From: an uncultured Rothia sp.
GTDB lineage: Bacteria; Actinomycetota; Actinomycetes; Actinomycetales; Micrococcaceae
Assembly (NCBI RefSeq): GCF_946222285.1
Contig: NZ_CAMIIP010000003.1
Direction: 5' to 3' (one strand)
DNA length: 64,000 bases
A model generated the notes under the pieces. That model was not told the DNA's origin. It saw nothing but the letters and a program-made list of their open reading frames with translations, and searched no databases. Below, piece by piece: positions 30,116 to 39,889 of the stretch (within the stretch, counting starts at the first letter, position 1; the number at the start of each line of letters is the position of its first letter). Both the position numbers and the translations under genes were made by a program.

Positions 30116-31526
30116 TGATGGGCCTTTCTTCAGGGCTTTTGAATAGACGGCGTCGGGTGCGCAGAGCCAAACCTGTAGCCACGGTAATAATGCCAATGCG
30201 ACCAACGAACATGAGCACCGTCAAAATGTATATACACGAGGGTGGCAGATTGGCTGCCAGACCTACAGATAGCCCGCAGGTGGCGTAGGCAGAGATCGCT
30301 TCAAAGAGAACTCTGTCTAAGCTCTCTCCAGTGATATAAACGATTGCTGCTGTGCCGAGAAATACGATCACCCCGCTCATCATAATGACGGAGATAGCAA
30401 TACGGAGCACTGAATCTGGAATGGTGCGATTGAAGGCAACCACAAACTGATCGCCTCGGGCTTCGGCGATTACTGCGAGAATGACAACGGTGATAGTGGT
30501 AATTTTGACGCCGCCGGCAGTTGAAGCAGAGCCACCGCCAATGAACATCAGCACATCGGTAATCAGCAGAGTGATGGGGTTAGCATCGTTCATGTCCACG
30601 AGGTTGAACCCGCCAGAACGCGTCATAATCGAAGCAAAAAAAGAATTGAGAACTTTATCGCCGAACCCTAGAGAGCCAATGGTTTGAGGATTAGACCATT
30701 CAAAAAATCCCCAGAAGAGGGCGCCCAAGAAGAGCAGTGCAACGGTACCTAGCATGGTCAGCTTGGTGGTGAGGTTCCAGCGATTGAAGCGAAAGGGGTT
30801 CTGCTGAAGAACCAGAATAACGGGAAATCCTAAGGATCCGATAAAAACACCAACGCAGAGGGGGAGTAAGAGCCAGAGATCATGACCGTAAGGCACTAGT
30901 CCGTCGCTGTGCGGAGTGAATCCTGCATTGTTAAAGGCTGAGACCGAATAAAAAATTCCGTGCCAGATACTTTCAAACAGGGATTCCCCAAGAAGTATAA
31001 AGCGTGGAATGAGAACTAGGGCGATAATCGCTTCAAAAGAAATAGAGGTGACTGCTACCGTCTTTAGCACCGAACCTAACTCGCCGAGCTTGCCAATATT
31101 CATGGCTTCTTGTGCGATGAGTTTAGAACGCAGACCGAGTTTTCGCCCAACCGCCATCGCTAGTAGAGAGGTCATGGTCAGGGTTCCTAATCCACCAATC
31201 TGAAAAGCGAGCAGAATCATGAGCTGACCAAAGAAAGACCACTGGAGTGCGGTAGAGACTGTGGTGAGCCCGGTAACCGTCACCGCCGACGTCGCTGTAA
31301 ACAGCGCATGATGAAAAGCAACAGGCTGGCCGTTGTTCGAGGAGAGCGGCAACATGAGCATAGCGGTAAAGAAAATAATGACGGCGGCAAAAGCGAAGAT
31401 TGCCATACGGGAAGGGGAGCTGCCTACTGTGCGATCGATGAGATCACGAATGTCGGTGAGTACTCCCACCAGACGACTTTTGCGTGTTGCCGGTTCAAAA
31501 TCACCATCGAAAGTTGTCTCTGCCAT
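30108..31526 (-). CDS. trkH: TrkH/KtrB potassium uptake membrane protein
   Basis: TVTGL, FNNAGF, RSGGF, TCGLS pore loops; MFVGRIG. Confidence 0.92.
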   Translation of the reverse strand: MAETTFDGDFEPATRKSRLVGVLTDIRDLIDRTVGSSPSRMAIFAFAAVIIFFTAMLMLPLSSNNGQPVAFHHALFTATSAVTVTGLTTVSTALQWSFFGQLMILLAFQIGGLGTLTMTSLLAMAVGRKLGLRSKLIAQEAMNIGKLGELGSVLKTVAVTSISFEAIIALVLIPRFILLGESLFESIWHGIFYSVSAFNNAGFTPHSDGLVPYGHDLWLLLPLCVGVFIGSLGFPVILVLQQNPFRFNRWNLTTKLTMLGTVALLFLGALFWGFFEWSNPQTIGSLGFGDKVLNSFFASIMTRSGGFNLVDMNDANPITLLITDVLMFIGGGSASTAGGVKITTITVVILAVIAEARGDQFVVAFNRTIPDSVLRIAISVIMMSGVIVFLGTAAIVYITGESLDRVLFEAISAYATCGLSVGLAANLPPSCIYILTVLMFVGRIGIITVATGLALRTRRRLFKSPEERPIIG

Positions 31527-31660
31527 GGCTCACCTCCTTATCATGTGGGCATCGTTAGCCTTATTTAGCTTAGTCCGGTTCAGCAGAAAGTGGCATCTTG
31601 CTCGATGAGTATGTAGGGTGTATTTATTATCTGTGAGCAAGGTTACGAATACTTGAAGGG

Positions 31661-32875
31661 GTGAACATGGGATTTGTTGAAAAATGCACCCCGGTTCCGA
31701 CAGCTTTTATATGGGATCCCGCCATGGGTGAATACTTCTTTGGAGATCATCACCCCATGCATCCCAGCAGGCTGGATGTAACGTCGCATCTGGCTGAGTC
31801 CTTAGGACTTTATGATCTCGAAAATATCACTCTTGAAAAACCTGAGGCGGCTACGGATGCACAGTTGCAGCTCGTTCACAGTCAGGAATATATTGACAGG
31901 GTAAAGTCCGTGAGCGCAGATCCTGACCTGGTACTTACAGAATACGGATTGGGAACCGAAGACACCCCCATTTTTCGTGGCATGCATGAGGCAAGCGCAC
32001 GTTTGGCAGGTGCGAGCTATCTAGCCGCAGAGTTGATTGCCAACGAAAAAGTACTTCACGCCGTCAATTTTGCTGGCGGAATGCATCATGCCTCCCGGAA
32101 TAAAGCCAGCGGATTCTGCATTTATAACGACTGCGCGCTGGCAATACAGCACCTGCTTGATCGGGGATTTAGCAGGGTTGCCTATGTAGACGTCGATGCT
32201 CATCACGGCGACGGTACGCAAAACATTTTTTGGAATGACCCTCGCGTGCTCACTATTTCGATGCACGAGACAGGCATGAAGCTGTTTCCCGGTACCGGCT
32301 TTAGCAATGAAACTGGACCAGAAGGAAAAGCCAGCGGAACGTCGGTGAACATTGCCATTCCCGAGACCGCTTCCGACGCAGACTGGATACGAGCTTTTGA
32401 TGCGGTTATTCCAGCGGTTCTTAAAGAGTTTTCTCCGGAGATTATTGTTAGCCAGCACGGTTGTGACTCGCACCAGAGCGATACGATGAGCCATCTGGGA
32501 ATCAGTATTGAATGTCAGCGCGAGATAGCCGCCTATATGGCGGTACTCGCCAAGGAGCTGTGCCAAGACCGCTGGATAGCTACAGGCGGGGGTGGCTATT
32601 CGATTTATGAGGCTGTACCCCGAGCCTGGACTCATCTCATGGCGATTGCTGCTGGATATCCGTTGAATATAAATCTACCTACCCCCGCTTCTTGGCAGAA
32701 GTATGTGCTAGAAAAATACGGGGTTCAAGCTCCTGTACTGATGGGAGACCGAGCAGAAGTTCAATGGCATACCTGGGAAATTGGTTTTAACCCAGAGGAC
32801 GCAACAGACCGGAGTGTCATGGCAACACGTAAGGCAATTTTTCCGCTGTGGGGTCTTGACCCTTGGCTTGATTAA
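31661..32875 (+). CDS. acuC: Acetoin utilization AcuC / histone deacetylase family protein
   Basis: HPMHP, GGMHHA, GFC, DVDAHHGDG, GGGGY. Confidence 0.9.
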   Translation: MNMGFVEKCTPVPTAFIWDPAMGEYFFGDHHPMHPSRLDVTSHLAESLGLYDLENITLEKPEAATDAQLQLVHSQEYIDRVKSVSADPDLVLTEYGLGTEDTPIFRGMHEASARLAGASYLAAELIANEKVLHAVNFAGGMHHASRNKASGFCIYNDCALAIQHLLDRGFSRVAYVDVDAHHGDGTQNIFWNDPRVLTISMHETGMKLFPGTGFSNETGPEGKASGTSVNIAIPETASDADWIRAFDAVIPAVLKEFSPEIIVSQHGCDSHQSDTMSHLGISIECQREIAAYMAVLAKELCQDRWIATGGGGYSIYEAVPRAWTHLMAIAAGYPLNINLPTPASWQKYVLEKYGVQAPVLMGDRAEVQWHTWEIGFNPEDATDRSVMATRKAIFPLWGLDPWLD

Positions 32876-33040
32876 AGAGATGCTCTCTTGAGATGTTTAT
32901 TTATATTTGAAATAGAGTATAAAGGCTGATGGAAGCAGAAAAAGGCTTAGAGAGACCTGAGTTTCTGAAACTTTCCAGAGAATGAGAAACGAAACGGTGT
33001 CTTTTCATTCGTCACCGGTTATATATGTAATTATTGACCT

Positions 33041-33805
33041 ATGATTGATGACGTTTTTGCAGTTATCGCAGATCCTACTCGTCGCCAGATTCTTCGGGAA
33101 CTTTCTCGAGGAGAACGCCCCGTGGGCGATTTGGTGAATGAGATGAAAGTCAGTCAGCCAACCGTTTCGAAACACCTTAAAGTTCTTCGAACCGCCGGTC
33201 TCGTTGAGACCAAAGCTGTTGGGCAAAAACGATTCTATTCACTGGTATCAGTTCCCCTGATAGAGGTATCAACCTGGATTGAATCGTTGAACTCAACAGC
33301 TGAACAGGCTGAGACTTCTGCTGAATCTGTCGATGAATTCCCCCGGCTACAAGAATCACCGTCTATTGCTTCTGCATCGGTGAACGAACCTTCTGCAACC
33401 GATGCGGTAGAAACCGCTACATTTGATATGGGACAAGAAGGCGCGACTTTTGATGCGAATCAGCCTCGCCATTCCAGCGCGGCTATTAGCTTCAGTCCGC
33501 TCAAACCTTTTGTGCCGGTTTCTCTTGAGACGTTCTCTAACGATGAAAAATCACCGAAAGAGAGCCTCACGGAAGAGGGTTTGATAGAAACGTATCAGGA
33601 ACAAGTTTCTATTGAAGCCCCAGCAGATGAACCTGAAGAGTCCACACCTGGGCTAGTAGAACAAACGGATGTTTTGAAGGAGCTGACAATTCAAGAACTT
33701 CCCGCACTTCCTAGCGCATCTGAGGAACCTTATGGGTCTCAGCAGGATGAGCAGCGCGGACTATTTGCAACACTTTCTCGGTGGGGACGACGACGTTCTC
33801 GCTAA
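33041..33805 (+). CDS. ArsR/SmtB regulator with a long acidic tail
   Basis: ADPTRRQIL, SQPTVSKHLKVLR. Confidence 0.85.
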   Translation: MIDDVFAVIADPTRRQILRELSRGERPVGDLVNEMKVSQPTVSKHLKVLRTAGLVETKAVGQKRFYSLVSVPLIEVSTWIESLNSTAEQAETSAESVDEFPRLQESPSIASASVNEPSATDAVETATFDMGQEGATFDANQPRHSSAAISFSPLKPFVPVSLETFSNDEKSPKESLTEEGLIETYQEQVSIEAPADEPEESTPGLVEQTDVLKELTIQELPALPSASEEPYGSQQDEQRGLFATLSRWGRRRSR

Positions 33806-33844
33806 ATCACTCAACTCTTCGCGGAAAGATCTTAGAAACCATCA

Positions 33845-35371
33845 ATGTCTGTTAACGAAAAAATTCTTACCTGGTTAGAAACAGAATTGTTTGAGGGGCG
33901 CCTTGAACTGGGACAAAATCTGCCCAACGATCGCAAAATAGCACGCATCGTAGGGGCAAGCCATTCCAGTACTAGAGAAGCTCTCAAACAACTAGAAATT
34001 ATGGGCATCTTGTGCCTGTTTGAGGGTAAAAGGAAAACCATCATTGCCCGTTTAGTGGCGGAACCTTTTACCTCTGCTACGCCCGCGCTCCGTTTGCAGA
34101 TGTCTACCTCGCGCCATCCCATGCGTGATATCGTGCAGACTCGAATTCTTCTTGAATCCTGGGCTGTGTCTCAATCGAGAGCTAGCGAACAAGACCTTGA
34201 TGAGCTAGAAACCATCTTGGCTAGTATGCAGCGCGAGGAGATTTTTCCCCAAGAATTTCATCAATATGAGGTTAATTTTCATATTAAGCTAACGGAGCTG
34301 GCGGGTAATCAACTCATTAGCGGTTTGATGACTTCTTTGCGAGAGCCGATCTATGATTATCTGCTTTCGATCATGGGCAGAGTACCCTTGTGGAGTGCTA
34401 CAGCCATCCGCTTGCGTGCTGAACACCGGGCAATTCTGGCTGCTCTGCGCAACGGCGATACAGCCACCGCAAGTCAGCTGATTGTTTCTACTATTGAAAA
34501 TCAGTATGCCGAAGCGGATATTGATTTAGACGAAGAAACCGAAGTTGCCAATGAGCTTCCGGGAACACAAGCGGTCATTACACCGGTGGAAGTTGAACAG
34601 GACGATCTGCTACCGGAGGAATGGGAAGGTACGGTTTCTCCTGATGTTATCGAAGCACTAGAGAATATTGGGGCTTTTTTACCTCAGCCACAGACATCGC
34701 AGAGCGAGCCGGAGCCTATCCAACCTGCCGAAGAACCCTCAGTTCCGCCTCAACAGAGAGAGACCCGCGGGCAAGCTCATCAGAGTCCTGCGCGTCGTCT
34801 CCGTGGAGTGGTAAGCTCGCCGGTTCACGCAACCGTCATTAAGCCTATCAATCGTTCGACTCCTGCGCCCAGCACCGACTCAGCACCGGCGAGTAAGCCT
34901 GCTAAGGTAACCGATAAGCCAGCTACCGTTGCATCGGCAGAGAAGAAGCAACTGGCGCCGAATCCTCAAGAATCGACCGCTACGCACAACGAACCGACAT
35001 CGCCCAAAAGATCAAAAAGACTTGGGCAGTGGCTTGGTTTTGGGCAGAATACGGAGCGAGAAAAACCCTCCACGAATGGACCTCAAGAAGTCGTAGAAGA
35101 TCCTACTCAAGCGCAGACGATCTTGCTACCGCAGATAGAAGTTGAAGCGGTGAGCAAACCGGAACACTCACAAGCTCCAGAAGGGTACGAATACGCTGAT
35201 AGCGCGCCTCAGCGCCCGGAGTTTATCGACGAAACTCCTCAGTACCAAGCGAATGAGAAAACTGAGCAGGAGTTTAATGCTACAGAAGCTGAAGACAAAG
35301 CTGATTTGGGGCAAAAACGAACCCACACTATTTCTAAAAATGCCAAGAAGAAAAAGGGGAAGAATCGCTAA
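33845..35371 (+). CDS. GntR/FadR regulator (FCD) with a long disordered tail
   Basis: GQNLP..STREALKQLE, FHIKLTELAGN, EHRAIL. Confidence 0.82.
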   Translation: MSVNEKILTWLETELFEGRLELGQNLPNDRKIARIVGASHSSTREALKQLEIMGILCLFEGKRKTIIARLVAEPFTSATPALRLQMSTSRHPMRDIVQTRILLESWAVSQSRASEQDLDELETILASMQREEIFPQEFHQYEVNFHIKLTELAGNQLISGLMTSLREPIYDYLLSIMGRVPLWSATAIRLRAEHRAILAALRNGDTATASQLIVSTIENQYAEADIDLDEETEVANELPGTQAVITPVEVEQDDLLPEEWEGTVSPDVIEALENIGAFLPQPQTSQSEPEPIQPAEEPSVPPQQRETRGQAHQSPARRLRGVVSSPVHATVIKPINRSTPAPSTDSAPASKPAKVTDKPATVASAEKKQLAPNPQESTATHNEPTSPKRSKRLGQWLGFGQNTEREKPSTNGPQEVVEDPTQAQTILLPQIEVEAVSKPEHSQAPEGYEYADSAPQRPEFIDETPQYQANEKTEQEFNATEAEDKADLGQKRTHTISKNAKKKKGKNR

Positions 35372-35553
35372 CGAAACATCGTCTCTCTTGGTTGGTTGCT
35401 GAAGCGGCGCTCTAAAAAGTAGTTCGCTCACAACGAGAAACACCTCTCATTTACGCTCATAATGAGGAAAATTCACAGAATGCTTGTACTCTATACAGAG
35501 AGCGTTTTCCAACCGTTTAGGTATTTTTATGCCTATTTTGGTTTTTTTGAAGC

Positions 35554-35571
35554 GTTTATACCGGTATAAAC
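35554..35571. promoter_or_regulatory. Perfect 18-bp palindrome upstream of bS22
   Basis: GTTTATACCGGTATAAAC. Confidence 0.5.
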
Positions 35572-35650
35572 CGCAGCCCGGCGTAGCTAACTCTTCCTTG
35601 CAACTGCAAGTGAAGTGGTCGGGTGTCAATTGTTAAGTGAGGTGAATCCT

Positions 35651-35749
35651 ATGGGTTCAGTTATCAAGAAGCGCCGCAAGCGTATGTCCAAGAAGAAGCA
35701 CCGTAAGCTCCTTCGTAAGACCCGCCACCAGCGTCGTAACAAGAAGTAA
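35651..35749 (+). CDS. 30S ribosomal protein bS22 (AURKAIP1/COX24 domain)
   Basis: [41 protein letters not shown]; too short for the ORF track. Confidence 0.95.
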   Translation: MGSVIKKRRKRMSKKKHRKLLRKTRHQRRNKK

Positions 35750-35763
35750 ATTCTTGTGAGCTT

Positions 35764-35806
35764 TCGAGCCCCGTTATTCCTTGAGGATGCGGGGCTCGAG
35801 TATTTT
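35764..35806 (+). terminator. Intrinsic terminator after bS22
   Basis: TCGAGCCCCG...CGGGGCTCGA followed by GTATTTT. Confidence 0.75.
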
Positions 35807-35841
35807 AAGTTCAGCAGAGAATATGCCACTAGACTAGGGGC

Positions 35842-36108
35842 ATGGAACTCACTGAACTACCCCAAGTTTCTTTGCTAACTCGTCCTGGTTGCCACCTCTG
35901 CGATGATGCTCGGATTGTTGTCGACCGCGTGACCTCCGAGCTAGGTCTCGGCTTTGAAGAGATTAACATTGAAGAGCACCCTCAACTCAAAGCTACATAT
36001 GATACTGAAATTCCCGTCGTCCGAGTAAACGGGGTACCTAAAGATTTCTGGCAAATTAATGCTCGACGTTTGACCAAAATTCTTCGTGCTGAATTGAGAA
36101 AACCCTAG
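35842..36108 (+). CDS. Glutaredoxin-like protein (DUF836)
   Basis: RPGCHLC, EIPVV; leaderless (TAGACT). Confidence 0.88.
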   Translation: MELTELPQVSLLTRPGCHLCDDARIVVDRVTSELGLGFEEINIEEHPQLKATYDTEIPVVRVNGVPKDFWQINARRLTKILRAELRKP

Positions 36109-36156
36109 AGCCTGCCGAAGAGTTGCGTCCGGCTGAATGTATAAAGTGAAAGGTAT

Positions 36157-36843
36157 ATGTTGATGAGCACTTCCCAAGTCAAAGTTCACGTGATGCGTCA
36201 CGGAGAAGTAGAAAATCCTGAACGTATTGTGTACGGTCGACTTCCCAACTACCATCTCTCCGAACGGGGACAGAAGATGGTACGTATGAGTGCCGAAGAG
36301 TTCAAACGTATGGCTGATCATGGTGCCAACCTGGTGTATCTGGCAATGTCGCCCCTGACTCGTACTCGTGAATCTGCTGCTCCTATCACTGAATTGTTAG
36401 GTTTAGAAGGCCACCCAGATGAGCGCGTGATTGAGGCGGGTAATTACTTTGAGGGTCTGCACGTAAACCGTGATGAGCTACTGAAGAATCCCAATCACTG
36501 GCCGCACCTGCTTAATCCTCTGCGTCCTTCCTGGGGAGAGCCCTTTGGAGATCAGGTAAGGCGAATGGTGGAAGCTATTAAGGACGCCGGAGTGCAAGCT
36601 CTTGAACGAGGAGGAGAGGGTGCGGAGGCAATTATCGTTTCGCATCAACTACCGATTTGGATGGCTCGACGCTCTGCTGAAGGCAAATTCCTCCCGCACA
36701 ATCCACGCTCTCGGGAGTGTAACCTTGCTTCAATCACGACCTTTGAATTTGATGATATATTTTCCCAAGAGCGCCCAAAGATTAGCTATAAAGAACCCGC
36801 TGCATCCCTGTATTCAGGTGTTATTCAGCTACCCGGTTCATAA
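36157..36843 (+). CDS. Histidine phosphatase family protein
   Basis: RHGE, VSHQLPIW. Confidence 0.88.
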   Translation: MLMSTSQVKVHVMRHGEVENPERIVYGRLPNYHLSERGQKMVRMSAEEFKRMADHGANLVYLAMSPLTRTRESAAPITELLGLEGHPDERVIEAGNYFEGLHVNRDELLKNPNHWPHLLNPLRPSWGEPFGDQVRRMVEAIKDAGVQALERGGEGAEAIIVSHQLPIWMARRSAEGKFLPHNPRSRECNLASITTFEFDDIFSQERPKISYKEPAASLYSGVIQLPGS

Positions 36844-36884
36844 TTAAAATTTGTCCCTCATCTAGAACAACCCTGAGAGCGTCT

Positions 36885-37505
36885 ATGCCTGCGAATTTGA
36901 AGCACGAGGAATCTCAGAGATTCTCCCGTAAGCAAGTTCTATCTTTTGCCGGAGTTGCAACTGCCCTGTTTCTCACGGGGTGTTCGGACAACGATTCTTT
37001 GGCGGATCAGGCCGATGCAGGAGATTCCAAAGGATATATTGCTGGCGATGGCTCGGTAACAGAATACGCGGAAAATGAGCGTGGAGAATCCGTAGTTTTT
37101 ACCGGAACTAAGTACGATGGTACGCAAGTTACCTCAGAAGATCTCAAAGGCCAACCGGTCCTACTGAATTTTTGGTACGCCGGGTGTGCGCCCTGCCGAG
37201 CAGAGGCGCCCCATCTGGTAAAACTGCATCAAAAATTTGAAAAGAGCGTACATTTCTTCGGTGTTAACGTTCGCGATGAAAAAGGCACAGCTGAGGCATT
37301 TGAAAATAATTTCAATATTGATTATCCCAGCTTTAAAGATACTGATGGCAAGGTGCTCTATGACCTCTCAAAATACGTACCTGCTCAGGCTGTTCCAACC
37401 ACGCTGATTCTGGATGCACAGGGGCGAGTCGCAGCTCGTATTTTGGGGGAGATCGACGAATCTATTCTCAGCACTCTCATTGATGATCAGGTTAAGAGTG
37501 TTTAA
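36885..37505 (+). CDS. resA: TlpA/ResA thiol-disulfide reductase lipoprotein
   Basis: Lipobox LTGC; WYAGCAPC. Confidence 0.85.
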   Translation: MPANLKHEESQRFSRKQVLSFAGVATALFLTGCSDNDSLADQADAGDSKGYIAGDGSVTEYAENERGESVVFTGTKYDGTQVTSEDLKGQPVLLNFWYAGCAPCRAEAPHLVKLHQKFEKSVHFFGVNVRDEKGTAEAFENNFNIDYPSFKDTDGKVLYDLSKYVPAQAVPTTLILDAQGRVAARILGEIDESILSTLIDDQVKSV

Positions 37506-38244
37506 TTTTGGCGAAGTCGTCACCGATGGTTCGCTGTGGCTCTCGGTGCCTCTAGCGGCGTTAGCGGGTTTGGTTTCTTTTGCCTCGCCCTGCGTGCTTC
37601 CACTGGTTCCTGGCTATTTGGGGTATGTTTCGGGGCTGAGCGGGTTAGATGAAAAGCATCGAACTCGCAGAACCTTTATAGGCATTGTGCTCTTTATTCT
37701 CGGCTTCTCCAGTATCTTTGTGCTCATGAGCGTGGTTTTGGCACAAATTGGAGCAGCCCCTTGGCTCCGCGGTCAAACCTGGGTTCAGGTGGTACTTGGT
37801 CTATTGGTGATTCTGATGGGTCTTGTCTTCATGGGCAAGGTGTCTTGGTTTCAACGAGACCGCAAAATTGAGCGTAAGCCGCCAGCTGGTTTGTGGGGAG
37901 CACCTATTCTGGGTATCACCTTTGGTTTGGGGTGGGCGCCCTGTATTGGTCCTACCTTTGCAGCGGTTCAGTCGCTTGTATACCTGGACGGTTCCAATAG
38001 TTCCAAAGCGATTCTTCTGACCCTGATGTACTGTCTCGGTCTAGGAATTCCCTTTTTGCTGGTAGCACTGGGAATTACTAGGGGAGTGAGCACCTTTAAC
38101 TGGGCTAAGCGGCACCACCGGTTACTGCAACAAATAGGCGGTTTCGTGCTCATCATTATTGGCTTGATGATGGCTACTGGTGCTTGGAACGCTCTGATTT
38201 CTTGGGTGCAATCAACCCTGCCTACCTATACACTTCCAATCTAG
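37498..38244 (+). CDS. ccdA: Cytochrome c biogenesis protein CcdA
   Basis: SPCVLP, WAPCIGP. Confidence 0.92.
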   Translation: MFNFGEVVTDGSLWLSVPLAALAGLVSFASPCVLPLVPGYLGYVSGLSGLDEKHRTRRTFIGIVLFILGFSSIFVLMSVVLAQIGAAPWLRGQTWVQVVLGLLVILMGLVFMGKVSWFQRDRKIERKPPAGLWGAPILGITFGLGWAPCIGPTFAAVQSLVYLDGSNSSKAILLTLMYCLGLGIPFLLVALGITRGVSTFNWAKRHHRLLQQIGGFVLIIIGLMMATGAWNALISWVQSTLPTYTLPI

Positions 38245-38256
38245 TAGAGAGCTATT

Positions 38257-39861
38257 ATGGCGAAGACAGAAAAACCCGCTACTGCCCTCGGTCCGGTCGG
38301 GATGTTGCGATGGGCGTGGGCTCAGCTCACCAAGATGAATACCGCGCTATTTCTCTTGCTTCTACTAGCGGTAGCAGCTGTCCCTGGCTCAATTTTCCCT
38401 CAGCGGATTCAAGATCCGACCAAGGTGAGTAACTATATTGAGACCCATTCTACGTGGGGTCCTATTGCCGATAAACTTCAGCTCTTCGATGTGTTTAGCT
38501 CAGCTTGGTTCGCAGCGATTTATATTCTGCTTTTTGTCTCTCTTATTGGTTGCGTTATACCTCGTGCTAACCAGCACTTTCAGGCACTTCGTAAGAAGCC
38601 AGCAAAGACTCCTAAGAATTTTGAGCGGCTTCCCCTGCATCGAACGCTGACAATCCCGTCAACCGCAGACGTAAAAGATCTCACCTCTGAGCAAGCAATA
38701 CAAGATGCGACGGCGGCACTCAAGAAACGTCACTATCGTGTAGATATTCAAGAAACAAACGGTGTTTACTCTGTGAGTGCAGAGCGTGGCTACGTGCGAG
38801 AAATCGGAAATATCGTTTTTCACGTTGCCATGATCGGCGTCCTCATAGGCGTGGCAGTTGGATCCCTCTTCGGTTATCGAGGGCAAAAAATCTTGGTGGA
38901 AGGCGATACCTTTGTCAATTCGCTCATCAGCTATGATTCCTTTACGCCGGGAACCAACTATAATCCCGACTGGCTTGACCCTTACACCGTAACTCTCGAT
39001 TCTTTCGACGTAGAATATGACAGGCAGAAGGGTTCTCATACCTACGGTAACGATCTGGATTACACCGCTGAACTTTCTTTCACCGAAGCCGATGGAAATA
39101 CTAACAAGGCAACGCTGAAGGTCAACGAACCCACTACGGTCAATGGAACAAATCTCTATCTTTCGGGTAATGGTTACGCTCCCATCATCAAGGTCGAAAA
39201 TGAGGATGGAACGATAGCCTATGAGGGACCTGTTGTTGGTCTTACCTCTGACGATAAGTACACCTCATCGGTAGTTCTTAAAGTTCCCGATGCTAAAGAT
39301 GGTCAACTGGGTTTTGTGGGCATGTTCTTACCTACCGGCGAACGTGATGCCATCACAGGAATTCCTCACTCTATCGACTCAGAACCACTTAACCCCATGC
39401 TAGTTTTGCAGTCTTATGCCGGCGATTTGGGCTTGGATAATGGCAAACCGCAGAACGTCTATGTGCTGGATACTGATTCTTTGGCTCCCTTGAACGCCAT
39501 GGCAACGGGCAACGGTCTGGTACTCGATGTGGCTCATAACGCTGAAGAACTCCCTGGCGGGCACGGCACCATCACCTTCGAAGGGTACAAACGTTACGTT
39601 GGTCTAGACGTTCACTACGATCCGGGCAAGCAGATTGTGCTCTGGTCCTTCATCGTTGCTTTCATCGGACTCATTATCTCCCTTTTCGTTCCCCGACGTC
39701 GTGTCTGGGTTCGGGCACAAACTGTGGGATCAGATCTAGTGGTTGAGTATGGACTTTTGGCACGAGGCGAAGATCCTCGTTTGGCAGATGAAGCAGATAA
39801 GCTAACCGATATTTTTGCTGCCCGCTGGGGTCTAGAATTTAGTGAAGCTGAAGAAGTCTAG
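38257..39861 (+). CDS. resB: Cytochrome c biogenesis protein ResB/Ccs1
   Basis: PGSIFPQ, FSSAWF, GNIVFH, YDPG, PRRRVW. Confidence 0.92.
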   Translation: MAKTEKPATALGPVGMLRWAWAQLTKMNTALFLLLLLAVAAVPGSIFPQRIQDPTKVSNYIETHSTWGPIADKLQLFDVFSSAWFAAIYILLFVSLIGCVIPRANQHFQALRKKPAKTPKNFERLPLHRTLTIPSTADVKDLTSEQAIQDATAALKKRHYRVDIQETNGVYSVSAERGYVREIGNIVFHVAMIGVLIGVAVGSLFGYRGQKILVEGDTFVNSLISYDSFTPGTNYNPDWLDPYTVTLDSFDVEYDRQKGSHTYGNDLDYTAELSFTEADGNTNKATLKVNEPTTVNGTNLYLSGNGYAPIIKVENEDGTIAYEGPVVGLTSDDKYTSSVVLKVPDAKDGQLGFVGMFLPTGERDAITGIPHSIDSEPLNPMLVLQSYAGDLGLDNGKPQNVYVLDTDSLAPLNAMATGNGLVLDVAHNAEELPGGHGTITFEGYKRYVGLDVHYDPGKQIVLWSFIVAFIGLIISLFVPRRRVWVRAQTVGSDLVVEYGLLARGEDPRLADEADKLTDIFAARWGLEFSEAEEV

Positions 39862-39889
39862 TTTTTAGGCTGACCAAAGGAAGTTTTCA

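Noticed and set aside
35626..35829. 67-aa minus-strand ORF in the track
   Set aside because: Antisense shadow of bS22
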